A program made the position numbers and the translations under genes. A stretch of DNA of 51,545 nt, from IMG/VR virus record IMGVR_UViG_3300033388_003855, positions 1 to 51,545 of that record; one strand, given 5' to 3'. This document shows, one piece after another, positions 1 through 8,665 of this stretch (position 1 is the stretch's first letter; each line of letters begins with the position of its first letter). The notes beneath the pieces are model-generated. The model was not told the DNA's origin, did not search any database, and saw nothing but the letters and a program-made list of their open reading frames with translations. This stretch comes from a virus. Taxonomy: Duplodnaviria; Caudoviricetes.

Positions 1-114
1 TCAACTGAGCTGGCTCAAGGGGCACCGCCGAGCGACCACGGAAACTTGACGGGTTTAATTGACGACGATCATTCGCAATATCAACTTTTAGCAGGCCGTT
101 CCGGAGGCCAAGTT
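1..114. repeat. Terminal direct repeat, copy 1 (circular assembly overlap)
   Basis: 1-114 is identical to 51432-51545. Confidence 0.97.
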
Positions 115-1101
115 CTTATCGGCGGAACCGGCGCGGGCGATGACCTAACGTTTCAGACTACAAGTGACGGCGCGAAAGGAATTTATATTTTTTCTGAATT
201 AACAGCATCCTATATCGTTGAAACGGGCGCGTCAAAAGAACTGGTTTCGGTCGCGAAAGGGACGGCATATAACAAAGCTTTTGGAACTGGATCGGGCGAT
301 GTTGCGGAAGGCGATTCGACCGTCAATTTAACCGGCGCGCAAAGTGTCGGCGGGGTTAAAACGTTTACGGGCATCATCAAGACATTTAACGATTCGCCCG
401 CTCTGAGTATGCTCAACAGCACAGACGAAGATATCGAAGGCGGAAGGGAAAGCGGCATTCATTTCAGAGGATCGCAGTCAAGTAGCCCAGAGACAATGCT
501 TGCTAAAATTCAGGCAAGCCATGACGGCGTGGCTGATGATGAAAAAGGCGACTTAATTTTCTACACAAACGACGGCTCAGATGGCGAAGCGCCGACTGAG
601 CGGCTGAGAATTGACAGCGCGGGCTTGGTGACTATAGTCGCGCTGGCTCTCGCAAGCGGAATTGTACAGGTAGACGCGAGCGGGAATTTAAGCTCCTCCG
701 TGACGTTGCCGGACGGGATTCTTGCCACAACTCAGAGCGTTGGAGATGACACCACAAAGCTCGCCACAACCGCTTTTGTTCAGGGCGAAAGGCTTAACCC
801 GCCTGTCGTAAAAACGGCGAGCTATGTCATTGTGGACGGGGACAGAAATATTTCTTTTGATAATGCGGCCGCCGACATGACAGCAACGTTTAACACGTCC
901 ACAACGATAGGCGAAGAGGGCGAGGTGGACAAACAAGGAACAGGAGAAATAACACTCACCAAGGGAGCCAGCGTCGTTTTTCAGAGTGACGCGGGCGACG
1001 TCAATGTCGATATAGACGGCGACGGAGGCGACTCTGCGACCGTAGGATGGAGAAAAATAAACGCCACTACTTTTAAACTCACCGGCAATTATAAGACGTA
1101 A
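1..1101 (+). CDS. C-terminal part of a ~1197-aa fibre-like structural protein that starts at 48939 and crosses the circular join
   Basis: Frame is open from base 1 (STELAQG...) and continuous with the 48939 frame; fibre-like motifs (GTAYNKAFG, ERLRIDSAG, TTKLATTAFVQ). Confidence 0.85.
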   Translation, partial: STELAQGAPPSDHGNLTGLIDDDHSQYQLLAGRSGGQVLIGGTGAGDDLTFQTTSDGAKGIYIFSELTASYIVETGASKELVSVAKGTAYNKAFGTGSGDVAEGDSTVNLTGAQSVGGVKTFTGIIKTFNDSPALSMLNSTDEDIEGGRESGIHFRGSQSSSPETMLAKIQASHDGVADDEKGDLIFYTNDGSDGEAPTERLRIDSAGLVTIVALALASGIVQVDASGNLSSSVTLPDGILATTQSVGDDTTKLATTAFVQGERLNPPVVKTASYVIVDGDRNISFDNAAADMTATFNTSTTIGEEGEVDKQGTGEITLTKGASVVFQSDAGDVNVDIDGDGGDSATVGWRKINATTFKLTGNYKT

Positions 1102-1793
1102 TGAGCATTAAAATATATAACAGGTCTCCTTTTACGTTCGGCCAGCCGGTTTGCTATTTTAAGCCCGAAGATATCCACGAGCGCATATTAAACAGCGGGA
1201 ACGTTTCATCGTCCTCAGATGTATCCGGACACGGCTACACGCTGACGCAAGCCGCGCCAACTTCTCAGCCCGCGCTTGGGTCTCTGAACGGCCGCGATAC
1301 ATGGGTAGGTGACGGAGTAGACAACTTTTTAGCATGTTCCGTTCCTCTTCCAGCCCAGGGAACCATCTTTTTAGTTGTAGATAGAACGGCCGGAGCGCCA
1401 TCTTATATAATGGCAGGTGATCATGTTCATAAATACCCAAATTTTTTAAGCGGCTTTAATCCGGGCGGCGGAGCCGCTGCTTTTGAATGGCTTGATGACG
1501 GTATGCGGGCAACTTTCAGCGTAAGCGCGACCGGTTTCCACGTTTTGGCGGTCAAACACGACGACAGCGCGGGCACTCCTAACACAATTGGCTATTTTGA
1601 CGGGGCGCAAGCTTTTAGCGGCGACTCGGCAAATTGGAGCGGAAGAAACATTGTTGGAATTTTGGGAGAATCAGCAGGAGTCAACCCACACGCGGGCGCG
1701 ATAGCTGGCGGGCCGCTGGTTTTTCCGAGAGTTTTCGCGGCATTTGAAGTCGCTTTGCAAACAAGATTTTATCAAAATAGATTCGCTATATAA
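1101..1793 (+). CDS. LamG/concanavalin-like beta-sandwich protein, probable virion receptor- or carbohydrate-binding protein
   Basis: Coupled to the fibre gene (TAATG); motifs SDVSGHGYTLTQ..SQP, GDGVDNFL, FHVLAV..YFDG. Confidence 0.6.
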   Translation: MSIKIYNRSPFTFGQPVCYFKPEDIHERILNSGNVSSSSDVSGHGYTLTQAAPTSQPALGSLNGRDTWVGDGVDNFLACSVPLPAQGTIFLVVDRTAGAPSYIMAGDHVHKYPNFLSGFNPGGGAAAFEWLDDGMRATFSVSATGFHVLAVKHDDSAGTPNTIGYFDGAQAFSGDSANWSGRNIVGILGESAGVNPHAGAIAGGPLVFPRVFAAFEVALQTRFYQNRFAI

Positions 1794-1798
1794 TTATT

Positions 1799-2164
1799 AT
1801 GTTGATTTTACAATTTGACTCCAAGGAAGCCGGAAAAACTGTCTTAAAAGCCGCTTGGGTGGCTTATATCAAGGATATGTTTTCCCAGGGAAAGCCGATC
1901 AGAAACGGCGGAGAGGACGTCTTAGCGACGCTGGACGGGCTGTCAGACGACGAAATCGGACGCTTAAGAGTTTGCGGACACAGAGACGAGCAGGTGGAAA
2001 TGGAAGAGGGCTTGAGCGTCTATTATACAAACTTACTCAAAGCCCATGAATTAGATATTTGGTACTGCCACGGCATACCGGATGATTATTTGGAAGGAGT
2101 TGGCGGCTATGTCAAAAAAGAACTACCGCCTGAATGGCTCTCGCCTATGCCGGGGGCTGGTTAA
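1799..2164 (+). CDS. Hypothetical protein, possibly a fibre chaperone
   Basis: 121-aa ORF continuing the operon. Confidence 0.6.
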   Translation: MLILQFDSKEAGKTVLKAAWVAYIKDMFSQGKPIRNGGEDVLATLDGLSDDEIGRLRVCGHRDEQVEMEEGLSVYYTNLLKAHELDIWYCHGIPDDYLEGVGGYVKKELPPEWLSPMPGAG

Positions 2165-2412
2165 ACAGGCGAAAAAGTAAACCCGTCATCCTCTATTGTG
2201 ACCGTGACGGCACTCTTTTCATATGGAGGACGCCATCGGGCTAACCCCGGCAATACCGAAGGGTCTAAATACACAACCTCCCCGGCCACTAGCCCATGAT
2301 TCCTTGAAACTGTCAAACCGGAGCTTCTAAGCTGTTTAAATGCTTTTCTGAGCTGTTGAACGGAGTATCTTTGAGGGTTTTTGTTTATTTTTTTAGCTTG
2401 TCGTTTTTTCAT
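2161..2412 (-). CDS. Hypothetical protein
   Basis: ATGA-coupled member of the minus-strand cassette. Confidence 0.55.
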   Translation of the reverse strand: MKKRQAKKINKNPQRYSVQQLRKAFKQLRSSGLTVSRNHGLVAGEVVYLDPSVLPGLARWRPPYEKSAVTVTIEDDGFTFSPV

Positions 2413-2597
2413 GTCATTCTCGGTGGTTCATGTTTATAAAAAGAGCTGAAAAGGGCGTCTCTGAGCCCTTCAATCGACTTTCTTAATTCAGGGGTGGGCG
2501 GCGTTTCTGTGGTCTGGTTATCGTCCAAAACTTCCAGATTACAGGGCATGTTTGGTTTGCCGCCCCCTCTTATGATTTGAGCGGGGATTGTTTTCAT
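2409..2597 (-). CDS. Hypothetical protein
   Basis: ATGA overlaps on both sides. Confidence 0.55.
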   Translation of the reverse strand: MKTIPAQIIRGGGKPNMPCNLEVLDDNQTTETPPTPELRKSIEGLRDALFSSFYKHEPPRMT

Positions 2598-3127
2598 TTT
2601 AACCTCTGAGCTAATAGTAATTGTTTAAGAGTGTCGCTATGCAGTCTTTTGGCGGTGTAGCCATCAGTGCCCGCCTTTCCTGTAGCGCGGCAAGACGTGC
2701 CGCGCATAGCCATGTAAGTTCGGACGTCAGGGAAAACGGCAAAAGCGGCGGCAAAAGCGGCGTCGGATGCGTCGGCAGATGCGGAGCCGCTTGGGGTGTT
2801 AATATTCTCATCAGACGCGGCGTTGGCATGTGCCCAGGCGCGCATAGCTATAGTTGCAGTGCTTTCAGATGGATCGTCGATCCACTTTTCAGCTGCTTGA
2901 ATTGCTTCGATCGGTCGCTTGTCGTCCGGATATTGTTTTGCGAATATTGACTGCGTTCTATGAGCGCAGAACGCAGTCAATTTTACTGCGATCATTTTTA
3001 AAATATCGTCGTCGACAAAAAAATAGAATTCACAAAGGCACTCATCGAGCCCTTTTGTCTCTAAAATATCTAGTAGATATTTATAGCGATTTTCTGATTC
3101 TGAGGATTCAGCGTGGATTGTTTTCAT
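2594..3127 (-). CDS. Imm5-like domain, Ala-rich phage protein
   Basis: Motif YPDDKRPIEAIQAAEKW followed by Ala-rich helices. Confidence 0.55.
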   Translation of the reverse strand: MKTIHAESSESENRYKYLLDILETKGLDECLCEFYFFVDDDILKMIAVKLTAFCAHRTQSIFAKQYPDDKRPIEAIQAAEKWIDDPSESTATIAMRAWAHANAASDENINTPSGSASADASDAAFAAAFAVFPDVRTYMAMRGTSCRATGKAGTDGYTAKRLHSDTLKQLLLAQRLK

Positions 3128-3495
3128 TTTGACTTTTTCATGTTTTGAGGGTTTTTAATAAAATCTATTTTAAAAAAAGTTTTAACGCGATATTTAGCCG
3201 CCGGGATTACAATTTTTTCGTAGCCTTCTTTTTTTATTTGCTCATTATGAGCGGCGGCAATGCCTAGCACAACGTCTCCAATGCCAACTTCTTTGTCGAA
3301 TGATATCGGGAAATCATTTGTATATGTGTGACTTGTGATAGAATCCCATCGTTGAATAAATGGCAGTTTTTTTCTTATTTTTGTGAGCTTCCAGGTGATA
3401 ACTGGCCACATCATGCAGACCATATAACCCAAGATAAAGCCATAAAATAATTCCATAATTTTCTCACATAAATAAAGCCGCAGCCACCAGAGCAA
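3124..3495 (-). CDS. Hypothetical membrane protein (start probably at the internal MELFYG)
   Basis: N-terminal hydrophobic segment; ATGA overlap with the next gene. Confidence 0.55.
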   Translation of the reverse strand: MLWWLRLYLCEKIMELFYGFILGYMVCMMWPVITWKLTKIRKKLPFIQRWDSITSHTYTNDFPISFDKEVGIGDVVLGIAAAHNEQIKKEGYEKIVIPAAKYRVKTFFKIDFIKNPQNMKKSK

Positions 3496-3542
3496 GCCAG
3501 GCCGCGACGACGGTTAAAAGAATAGTGATTTGGATAAAAGTT

Positions 3543-3761
3543 TTAAGCTTTTCCATATTCAAAGCCCATTTCATTGCGGATTTGCCTATATTTGTCAGCG
3601 ACTTCTTTGTTCTCGGAGCTTTCCAGGGCTTCCAACAAAACTTCGTCGGCTTTGCGGTGAGCGTCTTGAGGCTTAAATATGTGCCGTTTATGGCTGTTTC
3701 CGTGAAGTTCAGTTAAAGCGTTCAGGCGGTTGATAAAAGCGGCGTTAAGGCGTTTTTTCAT
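3543..3761 (-). CDS. Hypothetical protein
   Basis: Upstream GAGGAG; motif DAHRKADEVLLEAL seen in small phage proteins. Confidence 0.6.
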   Translation of the reverse strand: MKKRLNAAFINRLNALTELHGNSHKRHIFKPQDAHRKADEVLLEALESSENKEVADKYRQIRNEMGFEYGKA

Positions 3762-3763
3762 GG

Positions 3764-4000
3764 TTATTTCTCCTCTTGATCGTCAAACTCAATCATGGTC
3801 GGCTCATACTTTTGAATTGTGCCGTCTGGGAGTTCAATTATTGCCACCGTGTAATTTCCGGGGCCGCTTTCAAACTCCATAAATTCGCTACCCCATTGAT
3901 GAAATTTTCCCGTCCCGATCAGTTGTCTATCTTCATGCGGGCGGGACACATTAGTTGATACGAATAATTTTACAGGTCTCATATGAATTTCTCCCAACAC
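3764..4000 (-). CDS. Hypothetical phage protein
   Basis: GKFHQWG.EF.EFESGPGNYTVAIIELPDG, a recurrent small phage protein motif. Confidence 0.65.
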   Translation of the reverse strand: MLGEIHMRPVKLFVSTNVSRPHEDRQLIGTGKFHQWGSEFMEFESGPGNYTVAIIELPDGTIQKYEPTMIEFDDQEEK

Positions 4001-4411
4001 GCCAAAGCCGGGCTGATTTCCGCAACCATCGCCGGGATTGGCTATTATACGTTTGCAAATGATTTAAAAACGGCCGTCATGTCCGCCGCATTAGTATTTA
4101 TAGGCTCGGTCTTTCCAGACCTCGACACTGAGTCCATCCCGTCCAGGTGGGCGGCTAGAATCGGTTTTATTTTCTCCCTCCTTTGCATTGCCACAAACAA
4201 GCTATTACCAGCCGCCATTATCGGCGCGCTCTTCTTCCTGATCAAGTCAGGAAAACACCGGGGTTTTACGCATAAATATAGCCTTCCCGCGCTTTGCATA
4301 ACTGCGTGGTTTTTTCTTGGCAATGTCCCCTGCGCGGCCTTTGGCGTTGGTTTGTTGGTTCATTTTGGGCTTGATAAGATTAGTCCGTTTCAGTGGAAGA
4401 ACTGGCTTTAA
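3983..4411 (+). CDS. Membrane-bound metal-dependent hydrolase (YdjM/DUF2227-like)
   Basis: H...GSVFPDLD...HRGFTH...HFGLD motifs and several TM helices. Confidence 0.8.
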   Translation: MNFSQHAKAGLISATIAGIGYYTFANDLKTAVMSAALVFIGSVFPDLDTESIPSRWAARIGFIFSLLCIATNKLLPAAIIGALFFLIKSGKHRGFTHKYSLPALCITAWFFLGNVPCAAFGVGLLVHFGLDKISPFQWKNWL

Positions 4412-5174
4412 TAATTTCTTCAAATTCAAGGCCCAAAGCCTTGCTTAATTTGACAATATTCCCAACTAACGCGGGCTCACCTTTCATCCACTTATAAATC
4501 CTTTCGGGGTCAATTCCTGCTTTTATTGCGATTTGCCGTTTATTCGTCTCTAAGGCTTTAATTCGATCCAAAACAATCTCTATTTTCAATTGTTGTTTTG
4601 GTTCGTAATATTTGCCGTTAACCACAGACGCCGCTTGTTTGACTCTGTTTTTTAGCCATCTTTTTTTGTTGTAGCATGTCCCGCAAATCGGTTTCTGATT
4701 CATCTTTTCAAGCCCTGCAATATCTACAGGAGAATATTCCATAGATTTTTCGCATTCTGAGCAATAAACCGTTTTTTTGACCTCGCGTAACTTTGCCAGC
4801 TTTTTAAGGGCACGTTTTGAGCTTTCGCTTGAGCTTCTCCGGTTCACCTCCGTGGCGGTGTATGAACGGGGCTTGCCGCGCATATTATCCGTGGCTTTTT
4901 GGGCGCTCTTTTTAAATTTTTTCTTGTGCTCAGGTGGCATATTGGCGTTTATTTCCCTTCTCTTTTCTCTTGTGCCTTGGCCGATTAATCCACGGCCATG
5001 CGTTAAAGGAATATTGAATTTAATTCTATAATCGCGCGCGGTCATATCATGGGCGAGGTTAACGTGGTTTCCTAGTCCCTTGAAAAACTTTCCGCAGATC
5101 AAACATTCCAACTTGTCGTGGGCAAGGTAGGCTTCGGCCTCTTCTATTGTTTTAAATGGCTCAGTATCGTTCAT
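4380..5174 (-). CDS. MucR/Ros-type zinc-finger protein with a second CxxC pair and a C-terminal HTH
   Basis: LECLICGKFFKGLGNHVNLAHDMTARDYRIKFNIP; C-terminal IAIKAGIDPERIYKWMKG..KLSKALG. Confidence 0.75.
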   Translation of the reverse strand: MNDTEPFKTIEEAEAYLAHDKLECLICGKFFKGLGNHVNLAHDMTARDYRIKFNIPLTHGRGLIGQGTREKRREINANMPPEHKKKFKKSAQKATDNMRGKPRSYTATEVNRRSSSESSKRALKKLAKLREVKKTVYCSECEKSMEYSPVDIAGLEKMNQKPICGTCYNKKRWLKNRVKQAASVVNGKYYEPKQQLKIEIVLDRIKALETNKRQIAIKAGIDPERIYKWMKGEPALVGNIVKLSKALGLEFEEIIKASSSTETD

Positions 5175-5177
5175 TAA

Positions 5178-5570
5178 TCACTCATCAGTTGAAGAACTGG
5201 CTTTAAGTAACTCAGGGTTATCGAATTTATTTCCGACGCGCTCAATGACGTCTGACGAATAGTCTCGAAGTGGATAAAAAAATCCTCCTCGCTTGCAACA
5301 AAACGCGCCGCGATCAAAGATGACTACTAAGCGCTCAGTGGGCCCAATGTTCACAATATCCCCCTCAAATATTTTCTCGCCCTTGGAGTCATCGCGCCCG
5401 GTGTACTGCGTCACGGTTCTCGGCTGGACTTCCTTGGCGTGCATTCCGAGCTCGTCGTTCACAAAAATTAAATGCTCGTCTTCCATGTATTTGTTGCCTT
5501 TGTTAAAAACATATCCGCCGCAAACCCACTCCGAACTACCAGATGTTTGCGCTCTAAACAAAATTTCCAT
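5178..5570 (-). CDS. YopX-family protein
   Basis: EILFRA..WVCG, TVTQYTGRDDSKGEKIFEGDIV, VGNKFDNPELL. Confidence 0.9.
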   Translation of the reverse strand: MEILFRAQTSGSSEWVCGGYVFNKGNKYMEDEHLIFVNDELGMHAKEVQPRTVTQYTGRDDSKGEKIFEGDIVNIGPTERLVVIFDRGAFCCKRGGFFYPLRDYSSDVIERVGNKFDNPELLKASSSTDE

Positions 5571-5571
5571 A

Positions 5572-5778
5572 TCAATTCCCCATCAATAGTGCGTCGGCTC
5601 CGCCAAAACTAAAGCCTAAGCCTGTTAAATCGGCCATAGGCGGGACTTTCTCGATATACTCAATCCTCCCGCCCTGTTTTAAAAATTGTCCCGTTTCTTG
5701 CTCCACAAACTTGCGATTAATGTCAGGATGGTTTTTATTCGGTTGTTTTTTTCGTCTCCCAGGTTTAAGAGTGCTCAT
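5572..5778 (-). CDS. Hypothetical protein (SutA-like FL..GG.I motif)
   Basis: GGAGG RBS; QFLKQGGRIEYI. Confidence 0.55.
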   Translation of the reverse strand: MSTLKPGRRKKQPNKNHPDINRKFVEQETGQFLKQGGRIEYIEKVPPMADLTGLGFSFGGADALLMGN

Positions 5779-5792
5779 TTAACTGCCTCCGA

Positions 5793-6233
5793 TTAAATAT
5801 TGCCATCATTTATGTCGTCCATGCTTAGGGGATATGGGATGCCGTCAGAATTGCAGGCGATTTTAGGTGACGACGGCTTTTTGGGAGGGGGAACGCGGAC
5901 AGGCGATATCCGGTCGCCAGACGCCAAAAACCACTCATCGCGGGTGTGATTTTTTCTTTCCAAAATTAAATCCATCATAAATTTTATCAATTGCTTTTTG
6001 GAAAGCCGACTTAACAGCTTTTTAATATTGCTCACCCTTTTTTCTAGCCGTTTTGGATTGCCCGCGTATGTGTCCGATATACGCGAGTGAATGCTAAACG
6101 TTTGAGCGCCTTTTATTTCTTTTTTAGTGCAGATTACAAGCTCAGCGGTATTTGCTTTAGCCTCCCGGTATCCGAATTGCAGCATAATGCTTGATATTAG
6201 CTTATCGTCTATTTTGACCTCACTTCCGTACAT
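5793..6233 (-). CDS. Hypothetical protein
   Basis: 146-aa ORF with RBS in the minus-strand operon. Confidence 0.6.
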   Translation of the reverse strand: MYGSEVKIDDKLISSIMLQFGYREAKANTAELVICTKKEIKGAQTFSIHSRISDTYAGNPKRLEKRVSNIKKLLSRLSKKQLIKFMMDLILERKNHTRDEWFLASGDRISPVRVPPPKKPSSPKIACNSDGIPYPLSMDDINDGNI

Positions 6234-6456
6234 TTTGGCTGCCCTCCTTTATCCTGCACCTCAACCGCTGAATTTCCTCTTGCTGACTCTTGATCATTTC
6301 GAGCAAGCCTTTAATGTTTTTTGGAAGAGGCCAGGGCGGTTTATTTTTTTCTTTACGATTCCATTCTGACAGCGTCGGAGTGTTGACCGAAAGAATTTCG
6401 GCCAATTCTTGATCCTCTTCCACGTCAAAAATTCTTTTTAATTTCTTAATAAGCAT
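6220..6456 (-). CDS. HTH transcriptional regulator (CI-like N-terminal domain)
   Basis: KLKRIFDVEEDQELAEILSVNTPTLSEW; first gene after a promoter. Confidence 0.75.
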   Translation of the reverse strand: MLIKKLKRIFDVEEDQELAEILSVNTPTLSEWNRKEKNKPPWPLPKNIKGLLEMIKSQQEEIQRLRCRIKEGSQNVRK

Positions 6457-6491
6457 TTTAGTTTTCCTTATGTTGCGTGAGTTTTTCTTAA

Positions 6492-6521
6492 ATCATATGC
6501 GCAAAACGGACACAGATGCAA
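6492..6521 (-). promoter_or_regulatory. Sigma70-like promoter for the 2161-6456 cassette
   Basis: TTGCAT-18 nt-TATGAT on the minus strand with an AT-rich upstream region. Confidence 0.55.
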
Positions 6522-6606
6522 GCCTAAAATTAATTTATTTTTCAACGCCCTTTATTTTTGCTATGGGATAATATAGAATAATTAAAAACACCAATCAATT
6601 AAAGGT

Positions 6607-7632
6607 ATGGCTCAAAAACTTTCCGTAACAAGAAAAAATCAAATTAAAGCGCGCTCCGCAAAGACTCGCAGGCCTATTGAGCCGGCTCACCCGGATTTAA
6701 TAGCCGCGAGCTATGGCAAAAAGCTTCAAAACGAAGTTCAGCGCGGATTTGGGCTTGTCGAAGAGTTTTTATTTCCCGTGTTGAAAAATGATGTCGAGGC
6801 ATTGACCGCGACCAGGGCCGACGCTCTGGAAGATGACGCAAATTTAGTCAACACGGTCATTGACGGCATTTTAGACCGATATTTCGGCGGGATGTATTCA
6901 GCCAGCGAGCCAAACACTGTTAAATACGCCAAGAAAGTCGCTAAAAAGCTCGTCAACCCCATGCAGGCGCAGGTTGATAAATTCAGCAAAACACAGTTTA
7001 CAAAGACGTTTAACCGCATCGCTGGCGTTGATCCTCTTCAATTTGAGCCTCAATTATCCTCTTTCCTCAATGTTGCGGGTGATCAAAACGTCAATCTGAT
7101 AGTCACTCAGAACTCTAAATACTTCGACGACATCCGGCAAATGGCCAACAATGCCTTGCGGGAGGGGAAAAGCGTTTCTGAGCTTACACAAGAGATAATT
7201 CAGCTTACAGGCACAACAGAAAGCCGGGCTAATTTAATCGCTATCGACCAAGTCCAAAAGCTCAACGCCGATCTGGAAATGGAACGGCAGAAAAACAACA
7301 ATATAACGCGCGGGATATGGAGAACGCGCCGTAATGCTCGTGTAAGATCAAAAAGTAATTCCAGCGGCTATAGCGACCACGCAGGGCTTGAAGGGGCGGT
7401 TATTGATTACAGATACCCCCCGACCACAGTTTTAAAAGGGAAGCGCGCGGGGGAACGCAACCACGCCGGGAAGGACATCAATTGTAAATGATGGTACGAC
7501 CCCGTGATAGAAGACATCACCGGGAAAACTTCCAAGGTTTTGGAAGCAGCCGAAGAAAAGACAAGACAGCTCATTTCAGCCGGGAGAATACCCGGCTATA
7601 CACTCCCAAAACGCAAGACAAAGGCGGCATAA
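6607..7632 (+). CDS. Head morphogenesis protein (MuF/SPP1 gp7 family), 341 aa if UGA 7489-7491 is decoded (candidate selenocysteine)
   Basis: RANLIAIDQVQKLN, W.T...RVR...H..LEG, HAGKDINCK-UGA-WYDPV matching the family's HPG..NCRC...P; frame stays open to TAA 7630-7632. Confidence 0.85.
7501..7524 (+). promoter_or_regulatory. Candidate bacterial SECIS hairpin
   Basis: CCC-GTGAT [AGAAGAC] ATCAC-c-GGG; loop starts 17 nt after the UGA; G at loop position 2. Confidence 0.6.
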
Positions 7633-7633
7633 A

Positions 7634-8665
7634 ATGGCATATCAAAAGATTTACTTAGGGAAAAATTTCACGTTCGTCCGTCCCGCGTCAGGCGAGAAAG
7701 AATTCGATGTCTTGAATTACCACGAAAATCCATTCGATTTTCTGACTTGCGAAATCATCAATTCGACTTCTTACCCGCCGCCAAAAGCGTTTGTAAGCGA
7801 TTCGGAGGCCGGAAGGATTAAATTAAGCGGATTTGACCAAATTCCGCAGACTACACCTCTTGAAATTTTTGTGCAGGGTGTTGTCTCTCAGAAAACGGTA
7901 AACATTACCGAAGAAAAAAAAGTTTTGCTTTCAGATAAAACACTGGCAGCCGCCAAGGCCGCGCCCGGCGTCGCTATATCAGCCACTTGGGCGGGAATTA
8001 AAAAATACGCTATGATTTTCATAGGGCTGTCAATTCTGTTTTATATGATCAGTGGAACACAGGCGGGGGACACCGTTAACCGCGTTTGGTCGTGGTTTAA
8101 CGCCGCGCGAGTGGTGGAGATGGCCAGGGATTTTGACGCGCGGATAGTGACCAACAAACACCCGGTTTATGAGTCGTCCGGCTTTGTTTATGTCAACGCT
8201 CGGTATAAAGAAAAGTACGGCGACAAAGGAGACCTAAAGAAACTTTATCATTTTGTCGGCAACAGAGCCGACGACAATGACGGGAAAATGGGATTTTTTG
8301 TAATGGCCGACGTGGCGTTGGATACAACCGGGCACCCGTTGAAAATGACCAAAGGAAACGCCGAGGACTATTGCGACGAGATAGGCGGGACACTGCTAAA
8401 TCGCGCTGAATTGGAGACTTATTTGGCGCAACAATACGCGGGCGTGGACAATTTCTTTTGGCCGATTATACGCCGATCATACGTTGCGGAATGGTCAAGC
8501 AAGAGTTTTTCTTGGATGTTTGGCCGCTCTTGGCTTTACTTGAAAGAAGACGGCGAAAACCCGACGGAAAAAACGCCCCAAAATGACTTTGTGGTGGCAA
8601 GCAATGGAATTGAGGCCGCGTTCCGGTGCGGCTTTCCTGAGACATTCTATAAGAGGGCTGAATAA
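7634..8665 (+). CDS. Membrane-anchored protein with a C-terminal C-type-lectin/FGE-like domain
   Basis: TM segment near aa 126-142; AEDYCDEIGGTLLNRAELE...EWS...AFRC. Confidence 0.55.
   Translation: MAYQKIYLGKNFTFVRPASGEKEFDVLNYHENPFDFLTCEIINSTSYPPPKAFVSDSEAGRIKLSGFDQIPQTTPLEIFVQGVVSQKTVNITEEKKVLLSDKTLAAAKAAPGVAISATWAGIKKYAMIFIGLSILFYMISGTQAGDTVNRVWSWFNAARVVEMARDFDARIVTNKHPVYESSGFVYVNARYKEKYGDKGDLKKLYHFVGNRADDNDGKMGFFVMADVALDTTGHPLKMTKGNAEDYCDEIGGTLLNRAELETYLAQQYAGVDNFFWPIIRRSYVAEWSSKSFSWMFGRSWLYLKEDGENPTEKTPQNDFVVASNGIEAAFRCGFPETFYKRAE

Noticed and set aside
1-114. Biological terminal repeat or att site
   Set aside because: It falls mid-gene and is most simply an assembler overlap of a circular or permuted genome.
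7488-7658. Alternative-frame ORF MMVRPRDRRHH... starting at the MuF TGA
   Set aside because: It is Arg-rich, has no recognisable motif and overlaps the next gene. The in-frame read-through restores the family motif and abuts the next start, so it explains the gap better, though this ORF is not formally excluded.
7634-8665. Diversity-generating retroelement target (C-lectin fold)
   Set aside because: No reverse transcriptase and no template/variable repeat pair seen.
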